Shown piece after piece: positions 37,263-48,003 of a stretch of DNA of 64,000 nucleotides. The DNA is from Phycisphaeraceae bacterium (lineage in GTDB: Bacteria > Planctomycetota > Phycisphaerae > Phycisphaerales > Phycisphaeraceae), in NCBI GenBank assembly GCA_963674705.1, contig OY771506.1, positions 1 through 64,000 of the forward strand, in the 5' to 3' direction. The position numbers and the translations under genes were made by a program. The notes beneath the pieces are model-generated. The model worked only from the letters and a program-made list of their open reading frames with translations. It searched no databases and was not told the origin of the DNA. Each line of letters starts with the position of its first letter. Within the stretch, counting starts at the first letter, position 1.

Positions 37263-38966
37263 ATGTCCTCGAAGTTGTCCCCCCTGGCTTTGTTGCTGCT
37301 TGTGTTATCAGTGCCGCTGCTGATGGGCGCTGCCGCGGCAGAGGAGTCGGCGTCATCCTCCGGGTTCATGGATATGCTGGCGCATCAGCCATTGTTCGTT
37401 CTGTTCGGCGTGCTGCTGGTCGGCCTGCTGATGGGTAAGGTCGAGATCGCGAAGATGTCGCTGGGTTCCAGCGGCGTGTTGTTCGCGGCGTTGATCGCGG
37501 GTCATTTTCACTTGCCTTTGCCGCCGAGTGTAGGCAATCTGGGCCTGGTGCTGTTTGTTTACTGCGTGGGTCTTGCGGCGGGTCCGAAGTTCTTCGTGAT
37601 GTTCCGCCAGCAAGGCAAACAGTTTGCAATCCTGTCGACGATCATCGTGGCCTTGGGTGCGTTGGCGGCCTACGGTGGTGCGTTTTTGTTTGGTATCCCG
37701 GCGGACCTGACCAGCGGCCTGTTTGCCGGCGCGCTGACCAGTACGCCGGCGCTTGCCGCGGCGGTGAATACAGCCGGGCACGACTCATCGGTTGCCGTCG
37801 GTTTTGGTATTGCGTATCCGTTCGGCGTGGTCGGGGTAGTGATGCTTGTTCAGTTGCTGCCAAGATTACTTGGCAAGGATGTTTCAACGATCCATGATGA
37901 TGAAACCGGTGCGTCGGGCAAGCACCATATCAATCGGATGCTGGTTGAGATCGTGAATCCCGTGATCGTCGGGCGTGCGCCGCGTGATATCCCGTTTATC
38001 CAGAATTCCAACGCCGCGATCACCCGTCTGCTGGTTGATGAGCGTCTGGTGCCGCTTGATCCGGATTACGTGTTCCAGCAAGGCGACCACGTCGTCGTCG
38101 TTGCGGAGAACGGCATCGCGGCCAGCGTGACGGACCTGCTGGGTCGGCGTTCCGATCGCAAGTTCATCATGGACGCGGAATTCGAGCGTCAGCAGGTCGT
38201 GGTCACCGCCAAACAGATGCTGGGTCGGCCGTTGGGAGAAGTCAAGCTACTGGGTCAGCACGGCGTGGTGATTTCGCGCGTGATGCGGCAGGACGTCTCT
38301 TTTGTGCCGACCGCCACAACGGTTTTGCAACCCGCGGACACACTGACGGTGGTTGGCCGACAGGAGAACGTCGAATCGTTCGCCAAGGCGGCCGGGCACA
38401 GCCCACGTGCGCTAGAGATAACGGATATCGCGTCGATGAGTTTTGGAATCATCATCGGGATCCTGGTCGGGATGATCGATATCCCGCTGCCGACAGGTGG
38501 ATCGTTATCACTGGGCCTGGCGGGCGGTCCGTTGATGGTCGCGTTACTGCTGGGTCACTTCGGGAAACTGGGACCGGTGCGTGGGTATATGCCGCCACCG
38601 AGTCGTCACCTGCTGACGGACATCGGGTTGATGTTCTTCCTTGCGTCGGCGGGCGTAAAAGCCGGCGGGACGTTTGTTGAAGTGTTGCAGCAGCACGGTG
38701 TTTCGTTGTTCCTTGCCGGCATGGGCGCGACGTTGCTGCCGATGATCGCGGCCTACCCGATCGCACGTTACTTCCTGAAGCTCGATCTGCTATCCACACT
38801 CGGCGGGATCTGCGGCGGCATGACCTCGACACCGGGCCTTGGCGCTATCACCGCCAAGACGGAAGCACAGTCCCCTGTCGTGGGTTACGCCGCGGCGTAT
38901 CCGGTGGCATTGATCTTCATGACCTTTGCCGCACAATTTGTGTTCAAACTTGTCGGGTTGATGTAG
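37263..38966 (+). CDS. AspT/YidE/YbjL-family transporter with two TrkA-C (RCK_C) domains
   Basis: Duplicated membrane domain (GALTSTPALAA / GGMTSTPGLGA; AYPFG / AYPVA) around a soluble centre. Confidence 0.9.
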   Translation: MSSKLSPLALLLLVLSVPLLMGAAAAEESASSSGFMDMLAHQPLFVLFGVLLVGLLMGKVEIAKMSLGSSGVLFAALIAGHFHLPLPPSVGNLGLVLFVYCVGLAAGPKFFVMFRQQGKQFAILSTIIVALGALAAYGGAFLFGIPADLTSGLFAGALTSTPALAAAVNTAGHDSSVAVGFGIAYPFGVVGVVMLVQLLPRLLGKDVSTIHDDETGASGKHHINRMLVEIVNPVIVGRAPRDIPFIQNSNAAITRLLVDERLVPLDPDYVFQQGDHVVVVAENGIAASVTDLLGRRSDRKFIMDAEFERQQVVVTAKQMLGRPLGEVKLLGQHGVVISRVMRQDVSFVPTATTVLQPADTLTVVGRQENVESFAKAAGHSPRALEITDIASMSFGIIIGILVGMIDIPLPTGGSLSLGLAGGPLMVALLLGHFGKLGPVRGYMPPPSRHLLTDIGLMFFLASAGVKAGGTFVEVLQQHGVSLFLAGMGATLLPMIAAYPIARYFLKLDLLSTLGGICGGMTSTPGLGAITAKTEAQSPVVGYAAAYPVALIFMTFAAQFVFKLVGLM

Positions 38967-39002
38967 CCCTGCCCTACCGGATGACGCGAATCTCGCTGTT
39001 CG

Positions 39003-40199
39003 CTAAGCCACGCGAGTCTTGGGCGGGCCAACCGTTACATCGTGGTCTAATGGCCAATCGGACCGCATGGGTAAGCCGTCATCGTTGGGTAAAGGCCTGC
39101 TGATGGCTGAAAGTGCACCGCGGGCGATCTGCCAATACCCGCAGAGCAAACCGTTATAGCAACGGGCCAACGAGCCGAGAATGCCCGGGTGTTCATTGAT
39201 GTGGCCGGGCATCACTAAGGCATCACCGCGCAGGACCTGCCAGTCGTGGCGTTTGCGTAACTGCCGAATCCTGCGCCGGTCTTTGGGCAGGTCGGGCAGG
39301 AGTTTAAACAAGGAACCAATCGCTGAGAAAAACTCGTGCGGTTTTCCCATGAACAGCATCAACATGAACAGCGCGAGTTCATGTATCAGCATGATGGGCA
39401 GGATGGCGATTAATGTGCGAAGCTCATAGTCTTTGAGCATGAAGTGCCAGTGGTTGCGTAACTGGTACTTGAAGAACGTGCTGCCGCGTTTGCGATGATG
39501 GTGCAGGACCTGCGCGCTGGCGGGCTCGATGATGTCGAATCCGGCGATGGTGCAGCGGTAGGCGAACTCGCCATCCTCTTTGCCGAACAGGTATCGCGGC
39601 TCGAACAGGTCGATGTGTTTGGCAGCGTCGACACGGATCATAGGCGCACAGCCGCTCGCAAGCCCGACACGTTCAGCTTTGGCTTGCAGTTGGGCAAGTG
39701 GTTTGTCATCCACCTCGGCGTTGGCTTCGGCAAGATAATGAATCCATGTCCGGCAGTACTGGACGGTGTCAGGCCGATCGCAGTAGAGAACGACGGGCGT
39801 GGCGATCGCGATGTTGTCGTCTTTAGCGATTACGCGGTGCAGCTCGTTGGCTGTGTCGGGCAGCAGTTGCACATCGCCGTCCATCACCAGGACGAAGGGT
39901 GTCGTGCTGCGTGTGATCGCCAGATTCCTCGCCGGGTTGGGCCCGTTGTTTTGTTCCAGGCAGATCAGCGAAACATCCGGATAATGCTGCGCCAGCCAGT
40001 CACGTGTCTGGTCGGTGCTGGCAACATCGTAGACAGTGATTCTCTCGTGCGGGCAACCGGCATCGTCCAGGCCTTGCATACACGCCTGGATAGTCCGCAT
40101 GGCGTTATGGGTGACGATGGCGGCAGAAACATCGACCGGGAACGTGGTGGTGTTCACGGGCCTGCTCATCTGTCGTGGATCGTGTTCCTGACTGGCCAT
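39003..40199 (-). CDS. Glycosyltransferase family 2
   Basis: YDVASTD, NPARN, MDGD and EDGEFAYR motifs. Confidence 0.8.
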   Translation of the reverse strand: MASQEHDPRQMSRPVNTTTFPVDVSAAIVTHNAMRTIQACMQGLDDAGCPHERITVYDVASTDQTRDWLAQHYPDVSLICLEQNNGPNPARNLAITRSTTPFVLVMDGDVQLLPDTANELHRVIAKDDNIAIATPVVLYCDRPDTVQYCRTWIHYLAEANAEVDDKPLAQLQAKAERVGLASGCAPMIRVDAAKHIDLFEPRYLFGKEDGEFAYRCTIAGFDIIEPASAQVLHHHRKRGSTFFKYQLRNHWHFMLKDYELRTLIAILPIMLIHELALFMLMLFMGKPHEFFSAIGSLFKLLPDLPKDRRRIRQLRKRHDWQVLRGDALVMPGHINEHPGILGSLARCYNGLLCGYWQIARGALSAISRPLPNDDGLPMRSDWPLDHDVTVGPPKTRVA

Positions 40200-40586
40200 A
40201 ACTACTCAGGCAATCCCATCCAATCGGCGTGCATATAAGAAGACGCGCCGATCCGTGCCAGTTTCAAGGCAACCACTCACATTGTAGTCACCGGGTGCCG
40301 GCTTTTTAAGATCGGCATAGAGGGTTTGTGAATCCATCGCCGGTCGTGCTGATGGAGATTGCGAGCGGCGGGGAATCCGATCAGCGTCCCATAAATAGAA
40401 AAGCGGTGTCGTGTCTGTATCGATCGTTCGGATTGTGCCGGACGGGCAAGCCAAGTGGTGCACGTAATTTAGCTAAGACACTTGCTTGTGTTTGCGGACA
40501 GATGGGCTGAATTGGTCAATTCTGCAGCGTAAAGCCGTTTCGGTGCTACCAGGGAAGCACCAAGAGTAGTAATTGGAGTCGTAACA

Positions 40587-43500
40587 ATGAGTCGTTACAC
40601 AACCCAACACCGTATGATCAGCCGACTGATCACCCGCCCTGTCGTCATGGTACTTCTGGTACTGACGGCGTTACTGGCGACAGCCAGAGAAGCCCAGGCC
40701 GCCGATCCACAGATCCAGCGTGTCCGGGGCATCGACTTCGGGGCCAAGATCAACGGCAGGACAAACATCAACGTCTCGATTACGGATGAACCGGACCAGG
40801 TGGTCTTTGCGTTGACCGGTCCGGTTAGCCGAACGGCCGTCCGCCGACAAGAGCCCTACACCTTCCTGCGAAACGGCAACGGCTCACCGCGCTTCTGGCG
40901 GACCGACCGCTCGCCCGAAGGTGACTACACCATGCAGATCCGTGCGATCAAGAACGGTGAGATCACCGATTCGGTCACGATCAACTTCACGGTCGATCAT
41001 GGCGAGGTCAAGCAGCAGAAGCTCGATCGTAAAGATCGTGTCCGCACGAACATTCTGACTGATGACAGCAGCAATACGACTGAAGAGGTCGTCGTACCCT
41101 CAAGTGGTTCAAGCGAGGACCAATCATCGACAGATGACGCCAAGCGTTCGACCCAGCCGGTGATTACGTTCGACAGCAGCAACGACGATATCTACGAGAT
41201 CGGCTCCGGGGATGTACTGGATATTAATGTCAAGGGTCAGATCCCGAACAACGGCGACATTCTGGCCATCGCCTGGGACCACGACCGCCGTCAGATCGTT
41301 GACGCGTTTGCGCACATGGTCGATAAGGCAAACCCGGTCATCACCTCCGAAAAACTCGACCTGTTGCCGGAAGGCAAGATCCAGGTCCAACTTTTATATC
41401 GCGAAAATTCGGTGATCCAGTACAAGAAGCTTTACGATGTTCAGGTCGTATCGGCTATCGAAGAAGAGGATATCGTTGAAAATACACCGCAAGTAGTTCC
41501 CACGAAGATCATGGATATCGGTGGTGTTCAGGAAGGCGCGGTTCTGACCGGCCAGGTTCAGGTCGAAGTCGCGGTCAGCGGCGATGCTCCCGAAGAAGTC
41601 ATTTTCAATATCAGTGGTCCGCAAGACCTGACCTACATCGCCGAACAGGCCCCGTACGTCCTGCTGGGCAGCGGCAATACCTGGGACACCTCCAAATATT
41701 CCAACGGGCAGTACACGCTGACCGTGACGACGCTGCTCGACGGCGATCAGACCGATTCGAAAACGATCCACTTCACGATCAACAACGTGGTCACGATCCC
41801 CGACCCGGTGGTTAAGTTCCGTAGTGATACACCGGCGGAGTACCGTCTGGGTGAAGGTATCGATATCCCCTACATCGTGAACGGTGACATGCCTGACAAT
41901 GCCAGCATCCTCGTGCTGGTCTGGTCGGCGGCAACCTGGGGGATGGTGGATGAGTTTGCACACTATGATCACGAAGGCGATTCATACGTTATCACTGCCG
42001 AGCAGATGGAAGTAGTTCAGCCCGGCCGTGCACAGTTGCAGTTGATGTACCTGGTCGACAATAAGATGGTGTACAAGCGTACACACGAGCTGGTTATCCT
42101 CGAGCCTTACGGCAGCGGCACAAACGATGGCTCGGTCGTCGACAGCGGTGACAGCGGTAGCAGCAGCGGCAGCGGCAGCTCCGGATCAATTGATGGTGGC
42201 ACGACGGATTCCGGCAGCACGGATGGTTCGGTAGTGGACAGCGGTAGTGACAGTGGTTCGGGCACCGGCAGTGACAGCGGTTCCGGCAGCGACAGCGGCA
42301 GCACCGCTGACAGCGGAGACACGGGCAGTAATACCGGTGATACAACGGCCCCGGATACCGTGCTCAACCTGGATCAGAGCCCGCTACTGGGTATGAACCT
42401 GTCTTTCGTAACCTATTGGACACGTGAATGGGTCTTCACCGACGTGCTGCGTCAGTCGGCGGAATGGACCTCGACGAACACAGGCGGTCAGCCTTACAAC
42501 GCGGGCCGCGAGGTCGTCACCAACAACAACGGTTGGCCGATCCTGCAGAGCGGTGAAGCCGCGAGCACGATCACGATGAACGGCCACGACGGTCGTTACC
42601 CGGGCGGCAAGTACATCTGCACGTATGATGGCGAAGGCGACATCGTCTTCGGCTGGGACGCTCAGAACGGTGCGAGCCAAACCGGTCGTATTGAAGTCAA
42701 TGTCAATCCGACGAACTCAGGTATCTACATGCGTATCGAGAACTCGAACCCGGGTAACCCCGTACGCAATGTGAAACTGATCCACGAGGACCTGGTCGAT
42801 CACAACAGCGAGTTCAATCCGGTGTTTGTTGAGAAGCTCAAGCCGTTCAAGACGCTGCGTTTCATGGACTGGCAGCGTACGAACACCACCAACCAGCATG
42901 TATGGTCCGACCGCGTGACGCCCGATTGGCACACGCAGGGTGAGCGTGGCGGCGTATCGATCGAGCTGATGATCGAATTGTGCAACGAACTCGGCGCCGA
43001 TCCGTGGTTCTGCATGCCCGCCGATGCCGATGACGACTACGTACGTAACTTCGCGCAGATGGTCAAGAACCGTTTGCACAAGGATGGCAAGGTATATGTG
43101 GAATGGTCGAACGAGGTCTGGAACAGCCAGTTTGAGGTCCACAAGTGGATCAAGAACGTCACCGGCGACAACTCCTTCTCGAACGCCTTCTTCGATATGT
43201 GGGCGAACAACGCGAAGCGCGACTTTGTGATCTGGAAGCAGGTCTGGTCGGATGAGCCTGACAGGGTCGTATGTGTCGCCGCCAGCCAGGCCGCGAACGT
43301 ATGGGTCACGGAAAACCTGGTAAACCGTCTGGACGGCACGTTCGACGCGATCTCCTGCTCCAGCTACTTCGGTATCCCGAACGAAAGCGGCCTGACCAGC
43401 GGTACGACGGCCGACGACCTGATCGACATCATGGCAAACAGTATTGTGACCGATAACCGCAAGTATTACACCAAGCACGGCGATCTTGCCCGCAGCTGGA

Positions 43501-43832
43501 GTGACAAACTCGGTCGTCATATCAAGTTCATCGCCTACGAGGGTGGCCAGCACCTGGCGGACGGCGGTATGAACAAACCTCACAAAGCGGCATTGATTGC
43601 GGCGCAGGATCATCCGAAGATGTATGATCTGTACCTGCAGAACATGCTCGAGTTCGAGCGTGCGGGCGGCTCAGCGAATGTCTTGTTCAACTACGTTGGC
43701 CGTCGCGATCAGTGGGGCTCATGGGGCCACCTGCAGTACCAGGACGAGCCGGTCACGAACTCGTTGAAGATGAGAGCCGTATTGGACTACCCCGGCTCGG
43801 ACAAGCGGCTGGAACTGACGACCTTCGATTAA
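40587..43832 (+). CDS. Large secreted modular protein: duplicated two-domain unit, S/G/D linker and putative clan GH-A glycoside hydrolase domain
   Basis: Signal peptide; internal repeats; LRFMDW, WFCMP, VEWSNEVWN and AYEGGQH motifs. Confidence 0.75.
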   Translation: MSRYTTQHRMISRLITRPVVMVLLVLTALLATAREAQAADPQIQRVRGIDFGAKINGRTNINVSITDEPDQVVFALTGPVSRTAVRRQEPYTFLRNGNGSPRFWRTDRSPEGDYTMQIRAIKNGEITDSVTINFTVDHGEVKQQKLDRKDRVRTNILTDDSSNTTEEVVVPSSGSSEDQSSTDDAKRSTQPVITFDSSNDDIYEIGSGDVLDINVKGQIPNNGDILAIAWDHDRRQIVDAFAHMVDKANPVITSEKLDLLPEGKIQVQLLYRENSVIQYKKLYDVQVVSAIEEEDIVENTPQVVPTKIMDIGGVQEGAVLTGQVQVEVAVSGDAPEEVIFNISGPQDLTYIAEQAPYVLLGSGNTWDTSKYSNGQYTLTVTTLLDGDQTDSKTIHFTINNVVTIPDPVVKFRSDTPAEYRLGEGIDIPYIVNGDMPDNASILVLVWSAATWGMVDEFAHYDHEGDSYVITAEQMEVVQPGRAQLQLMYLVDNKMVYKRTHELVILEPYGSGTNDGSVVDSGDSGSSSGSGSSGSIDGGTTDSGSTDGSVVDSGSDSGSGTGSDSGSGSDSGSTADSGDTGSNTGDTTAPDTVLNLDQSPLLGMNLSFVTYWTREWVFTDVLRQSAEWTSTNTGGQPYNAGREVVTNNNGWPILQSGEAASTITMNGHDGRYPGGKYICTYDGEGDIVFGWDAQNGASQTGRIEVNVNPTNSGIYMRIENSNPGNPVRNVKLIHEDLVDHNSEFNPVFVEKLKPFKTLRFMDWQRTNTTNQHVWSDRVTPDWHTQGERGGVSIELMIELCNELGADPWFCMPADADDDYVRNFAQMVKNRLHKDGKVYVEWSNEVWNSQFEVHKWIKNVTGDNSFSNAFFDMWANNAKRDFVIWKQVWSDEPDRVVCVAASQAANVWVTENLVNRLDGTFDAISCSSYFGIPNESGLTSGTTADDLIDIMANSIVTDNRKYYTKHGDLARSWSDKLGRHIKFIAYEGGQHLADGGMNKPHKAALIAAQDHPKMYDLYLQNMLEFERAGGSANVLFNYVGRRDQWGSWGHLQYQDEPVTNSLKMRAVLDYPGSDKRLELTTFD

Positions 43833-43845
43833 TGACGGAGTTGAT

Positions 43846-45453
43846 TTGGACCCAGGGAATACAAGCGACAACCTAGAGGGTCCTGCCGAAACGGCGCCGC
43901 CCCCGGATACCCAAGCCAACACGGGTGTCACGGGGGCGGTGGACTGCGCGGCCGAGATCGCGGAGCCCCCCGGCGAGATGGCGGACCCGGCGGATTTACC
44001 GGAATCGGCATCCGATCAGGTGGCCACGGGTAAGAAGTCGGTCAAGTCGCTGGCGATGCGGGGCTCGGCGTTCGTGCTCTGCGGCAACCTGACACAACAG
44101 TTCATCCGCTTCGCGAGCAACCTGCTGCTGGCGCGTCTGCTTCTGCCCGAGGCGTTCGGGTTGATGCAGGTCGTGACGGTGGTGCTGATCGGTCTGCAAC
44201 TGTTCTCGGACATCGGGATCGGGCCGAGCATCATTCAGCACAAACGCGGGGACGATCCGAAGTTCTTCAACACCGCATGGACGGTCCAGGTGCTCCGCGG
44301 GATCTTGCTGAGCACCGTCGCTGTATTGGTCGTCGCTCCGATCGTTCACTTTATCGGTCACCTGATGGAAACCTCGTCGGAGGCCGGGTCCGATGCGGTG
44401 TATAGCGATCCCCGACTGATCCCGCTGATCTGCGTGGCTTCGATCACGGCGGCGGTCAGTGGATTCAATTCCACAAAATTGTTTACCGCCAACCGAAACC
44501 TGGCGGTCGGCAGGATCATGGTGATTGAAGTCAGTGCCCAGCTGATGGGTGTGATGTGCATGGCCAGTTGGGCGTGGTACTTCAAGAGCGTCTGGGCGCT
44601 GGTGTGTGGGAGCATGGCGCAGGCGTGGCTGCGGATGCTGCTGACCCACGTCCTTTTGCCGGGCGAGAGGAACCGGTTCTTCTTCGACCGCGAATCGTTC
44701 AGCGAGCTGTTGAAGTTCGGTCGGTGGATCTTCCTGAGCACCGCGGCGCTGTTCATCGCGGCACAGGGCGACCGGTTGTTGCTCGGCGCATACGTCGAAC
44801 CAAAGATCCTGGGTATCTACGGCTTCGCTTACTTCCTGAGCGAGGCGTTGAACCAGTTGATCGACTTTGTAAGTCGGTTGGTGTTCCTGCCTGCGTTCAG
44901 CCACGTGGCGCGTGATAAGCCGGAGCGGTTGAAGCTGAATTATTACCAGGTGCGTCTGCGTCTGGACGCGTTAACCCTGCCGATGGCCGGTGGATTGATG
45001 ATGCTGGGCCAGGATGTGGTGAACGTGCTTTATCCGGACGTTTACGCCCCGGCGGGCTGGATGCTGCGCGTATTGGCGATCCGGGTGGCACTAGCGTGTA
45101 CGTTGCCGGCGGCGGTAAGCTGCCTGCTGGCGATCGGGGACTCCAAAAGCGTTTTCGCGGGGAACCTCGGCAAGACGGTCGTCCTCCTGATTGGCATCCC
45201 GCTTGGCCATCACCTGGGGGGGATCTACCTGCCGGGGCTGGTCTTCGGGGAAATCACCATTGATGGGGGCGTGCATGGGGTGATCTGGGCGATCGCGTTA
45301 TCGGAACTGGGTTCGCTGCCCATATTGTGGTGGCGCATGTCCAGACACGGGCTGTTGCGGCCAAGCCGGGAGGCTCTGGCGGGGCTGTTCGTCCTGGTGG
45401 GGATCGGGGTGGGTTACCTGGTGCACCTGGGGTGGGCATGGCTGTGGAATTGA
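43846..45453 (+). CDS. wzx: Wzx-type polysaccharide flippase
   Basis: LARLLLPEAFG, FSDIGIGPSIIQ and DRLLLG...LGIY motifs; many TM segments; start codon uncertain. Confidence 0.85.
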   Translation: MDPGNTSDNLEGPAETAPPPDTQANTGVTGAVDCAAEIAEPPGEMADPADLPESASDQVATGKKSVKSLAMRGSAFVLCGNLTQQFIRFASNLLLARLLLPEAFGLMQVVTVVLIGLQLFSDIGIGPSIIQHKRGDDPKFFNTAWTVQVLRGILLSTVAVLVVAPIVHFIGHLMETSSEAGSDAVYSDPRLIPLICVASITAAVSGFNSTKLFTANRNLAVGRIMVIEVSAQLMGVMCMASWAWYFKSVWALVCGSMAQAWLRMLLTHVLLPGERNRFFFDRESFSELLKFGRWIFLSTAALFIAAQGDRLLLGAYVEPKILGIYGFAYFLSEALNQLIDFVSRLVFLPAFSHVARDKPERLKLNYYQVRLRLDALTLPMAGGLMMLGQDVVNVLYPDVYAPAGWMLRVLAIRVALACTLPAAVSCLLAIGDSKSVFAGNLGKTVVLLIGIPLGHHLGGIYLPGLVFGEITIDGGVHGVIWAIALSELGSLPILWWRMSRHGLLRPSREALAGLFVLVGIGVGYLVHLGWAWLWN

Positions 45454-45577
45454 TAAGTTACCCACAAGCTTTGCCATAGGGCGAAACCTCGATCGCCGAT
45501 GAACGTATTATGCATTTGGGCGGTCGTGCGCCCATTTGGCTTGTGACGATCCAAGAGACGCGAGGCACAACGGTTAC

Positions 45578-47020
45578 ATGTATCCCACGGTCACCATCAG
45601 CCTGCTAGGGTGGACGCCCGTCGTGCTGTTGCTGTTCATGGCGATGAGGCCATTGCGTGCGGTGATAACGGCATTCATCGTGGCGTGGCTGTTTTTGCCG
45701 GTTACCGTTCCGGACCTGCTTATCATCCAGGGCCTGCCCGAGCTGGACAAGATGACGGTCACCTGCCTGGCCGTGCTGCTGGGCACAGCGATCTTCGATC
45801 AGCAACGACTGCTTTCGTTCAGACCCAAGCGATACGACATCCCGATGATCATCTGGTGTATCGTGCCGCTATTCAGTTCGCTGACGAATACTGACTCGAC
45901 GGTCTGGGGACATCCGGGTATCCCAAACCCACTGTACGACGGTTTGAGCGAGACGCTTAAGCAGACGGTGACCTGGGGCTTCCCGTACATCATCGGCCGG
46001 GTGTACTTCACCAATCTCAACGCGTTGCGCGAATTGGCGATCGGCATCTTTATCGGGGGACTGGTGTATATCCCGTTATGTTTGTTTGAGTTCAAGATGA
46101 GTCCGCAGTTGCACTTCATCTTTTATGGTGTACATCCGCACGTGGACTTCCGGCAGGCGATCCGCGGCGACGGGTACCGCCCCACCGTTTTCATGGCACA
46201 CGGTCTGATGGTTGCTTTATGGATGGCAACATCCACATTAATTGGCGGTTGGCTTTGGTACAGCGGTTCATTAAAACGCGTGCTGGAGGTGCCGATCGGT
46301 TTTCTGGTCGTGCCGTTGTTTGGCGTAACCGTGTGGTGTAAATCGATGGCATCGTTGCTGTTGATGCTCATGGGGCTGGCGACGTTGTTCTTTGTCAGCA
46401 AGACACGCATGCGCTGGCCGGTGATCCTGCTGATCGTCTTGGCACCAACATACATGACGCTGCGGGCGACGCAGATGTGGGATGGGATGAATGCGGTAAA
46501 CTTCATTAAAACAACGATCAGTGAGGACCGCGCCCAATCGCTCGAGCTGCGTATGACCAATGAGAACCTGCTGGCGGAACGGGCATTGGAGAAGCCGATC
46601 TTCGGCTGGGCGGGCTGGGGACGGGCGCGTGTATACGACTGGCTGGGCAAGGATATTTCAATCACCGACGGGATGTGGGTGATCGCGTTCGGCCAGCACG
46701 GGCTGGTAGGATTGGCATCATTCACGGCGGTGATCCTGCTGCCGGTGTGGCTGACGCTAAGACGGATCCCGGTGCGATTGTGGATGCATCCGAAGGCAGC
46801 GCCCGCTGCAGCGCTGGCGATCACGCTGATCCTGTACATGGTGGACAACCTGCTGAACGCGATGACCAACCCGATTTTCATGCTGATGGCCGGGGCATTG
46901 TCTGGACAGCAGGCGATCAGTATGCGTAAGCGTGTAGCCAGACCTGTTCGCCCTGAGAATGAAACAACCGAAGACACGACAGAGCAAACGGATGGTGCGG
47001 CCGCGATCGAGGCCGCGTAA
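45578..47020 (+). CDS. Wzy-like polymerase / O-antigen ligase family protein
   Basis: About 12 TM segments; RAQSLELR and KPIFGWAGWG periplasmic-loop motif. Confidence 0.75.
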   Translation: MYPTVTISLLGWTPVVLLLFMAMRPLRAVITAFIVAWLFLPVTVPDLLIIQGLPELDKMTVTCLAVLLGTAIFDQQRLLSFRPKRYDIPMIIWCIVPLFSSLTNTDSTVWGHPGIPNPLYDGLSETLKQTVTWGFPYIIGRVYFTNLNALRELAIGIFIGGLVYIPLCLFEFKMSPQLHFIFYGVHPHVDFRQAIRGDGYRPTVFMAHGLMVALWMATSTLIGGWLWYSGSLKRVLEVPIGFLVVPLFGVTVWCKSMASLLLMLMGLATLFFVSKTRMRWPVILLIVLAPTYMTLRATQMWDGMNAVNFIKTTISEDRAQSLELRMTNENLLAERALEKPIFGWAGWGRARVYDWLGKDISITDGMWVIAFGQHGLVGLASFTAVILLPVWLTLRRIPVRLWMHPKAAPAAALAITLILYMVDNLLNAMTNPIFMLMAGALSGQQAISMRKRVARPVRPENETTEDTTEQTDGAAAIEAA

Positions 47021-47040
47021 CAATCGTTAAGCGAACCCAT

Positions 47041-48003
47041 ATGAAACTGCTGATTGTCATCGTGAACTACCGCACAGCCGACCTGACCATCGACTGCCTG
47101 CGCTCGCTGGATGAGGAATTGAAAGGCCTCGACGGTGTGCGTGTGATCGTGACGGACAATAAGTCGGGCGATGATTCACCGGTGCGGATCAAGCAGGCCA
47201 TCGAAGATAACGGCTGGGTCGGCTGGGCGGAGTTGATGCCGCTGGAGCGTAACGGCGGGTTCGCATATGGGAACAACGAAGCGATCCGCGTCGGGCTTAA
47301 TAGCGATGATCCGCCGGAGTATGTGCTGCTGTTGAATCCGGACACGGTAGTACGGCCGGGCGGTGTCAGGGAGCTGCTTGAATACATGGAAACGAACCTT
47401 GCTGCGGGGATTGCGGGCAGTCGGCTGGAAGACCCAGACGGCACGCCACAACGTTCGGCGTTCCGTTTCCACAACCTTGGTTCGGAACTCGATGACGGTT
47501 TGCGTCTGGGATTCGTCTCGAAGCTGCTGCAAAATAAGAGTGTCGCGCCGCCGGTGCGGGACGACACGCATCAGACGGATTGGGTCGCCGGGGCGTCGAT
47601 GATTATCCGCAAGCAAGTGTTCGACGATGTCGGGCTGATGGATGAAAGCTACTTCATGTACTACGAGGAGGTCGACTTCTGCCTGCGTGCCAACCGTGCG
47701 GGCTGGCCCTGCTGGTACGTGCCGGAAAGCCACGTCGTGCATCTGGTGGGCCAGGCGTCGGGCGTCACGGTTCAGAACACCAAGCCGAAGCGTCGGCCGG
47801 ACTACTGGTTCGACTCGCGGCGGCGCTACTTCCTGAAAAACCATGGCCGGTTCTACACCGCCTTGGCGGACATCGTCTGGGCGCTGGCGTTCGCAACGTT
47901 TAGACTCAGACGCTTGATACAGCGTAAGCCCGATACCGATCCGCCGAAGTTGTTGTTCGACTTTGTCCGTCACAGCGTCATGCTGAAGGGGGCGAAGGTA
48001 TGA
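47041..48003 (+). CDS. Glycosyltransferase family 2
   Basis: IVNY, NGGFAYGNN, LLNPD and YFMYYEEVD motifs. Confidence 0.9.
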   Translation: MKLLIVIVNYRTADLTIDCLRSLDEELKGLDGVRVIVTDNKSGDDSPVRIKQAIEDNGWVGWAELMPLERNGGFAYGNNEAIRVGLNSDDPPEYVLLLNPDTVVRPGGVRELLEYMETNLAAGIAGSRLEDPDGTPQRSAFRFHNLGSELDDGLRLGFVSKLLQNKSVAPPVRDDTHQTDWVAGASMIIRKQVFDDVGLMDESYFMYYEEVDFCLRANRAGWPCWYVPESHVVHLVGQASGVTVQNTKPKRRPDYWFDSRRRYFLKNHGRFYTALADIVWALAFATFRLRRLIQRKPDTDPPKLLFDFVRHSVMLKGAKV

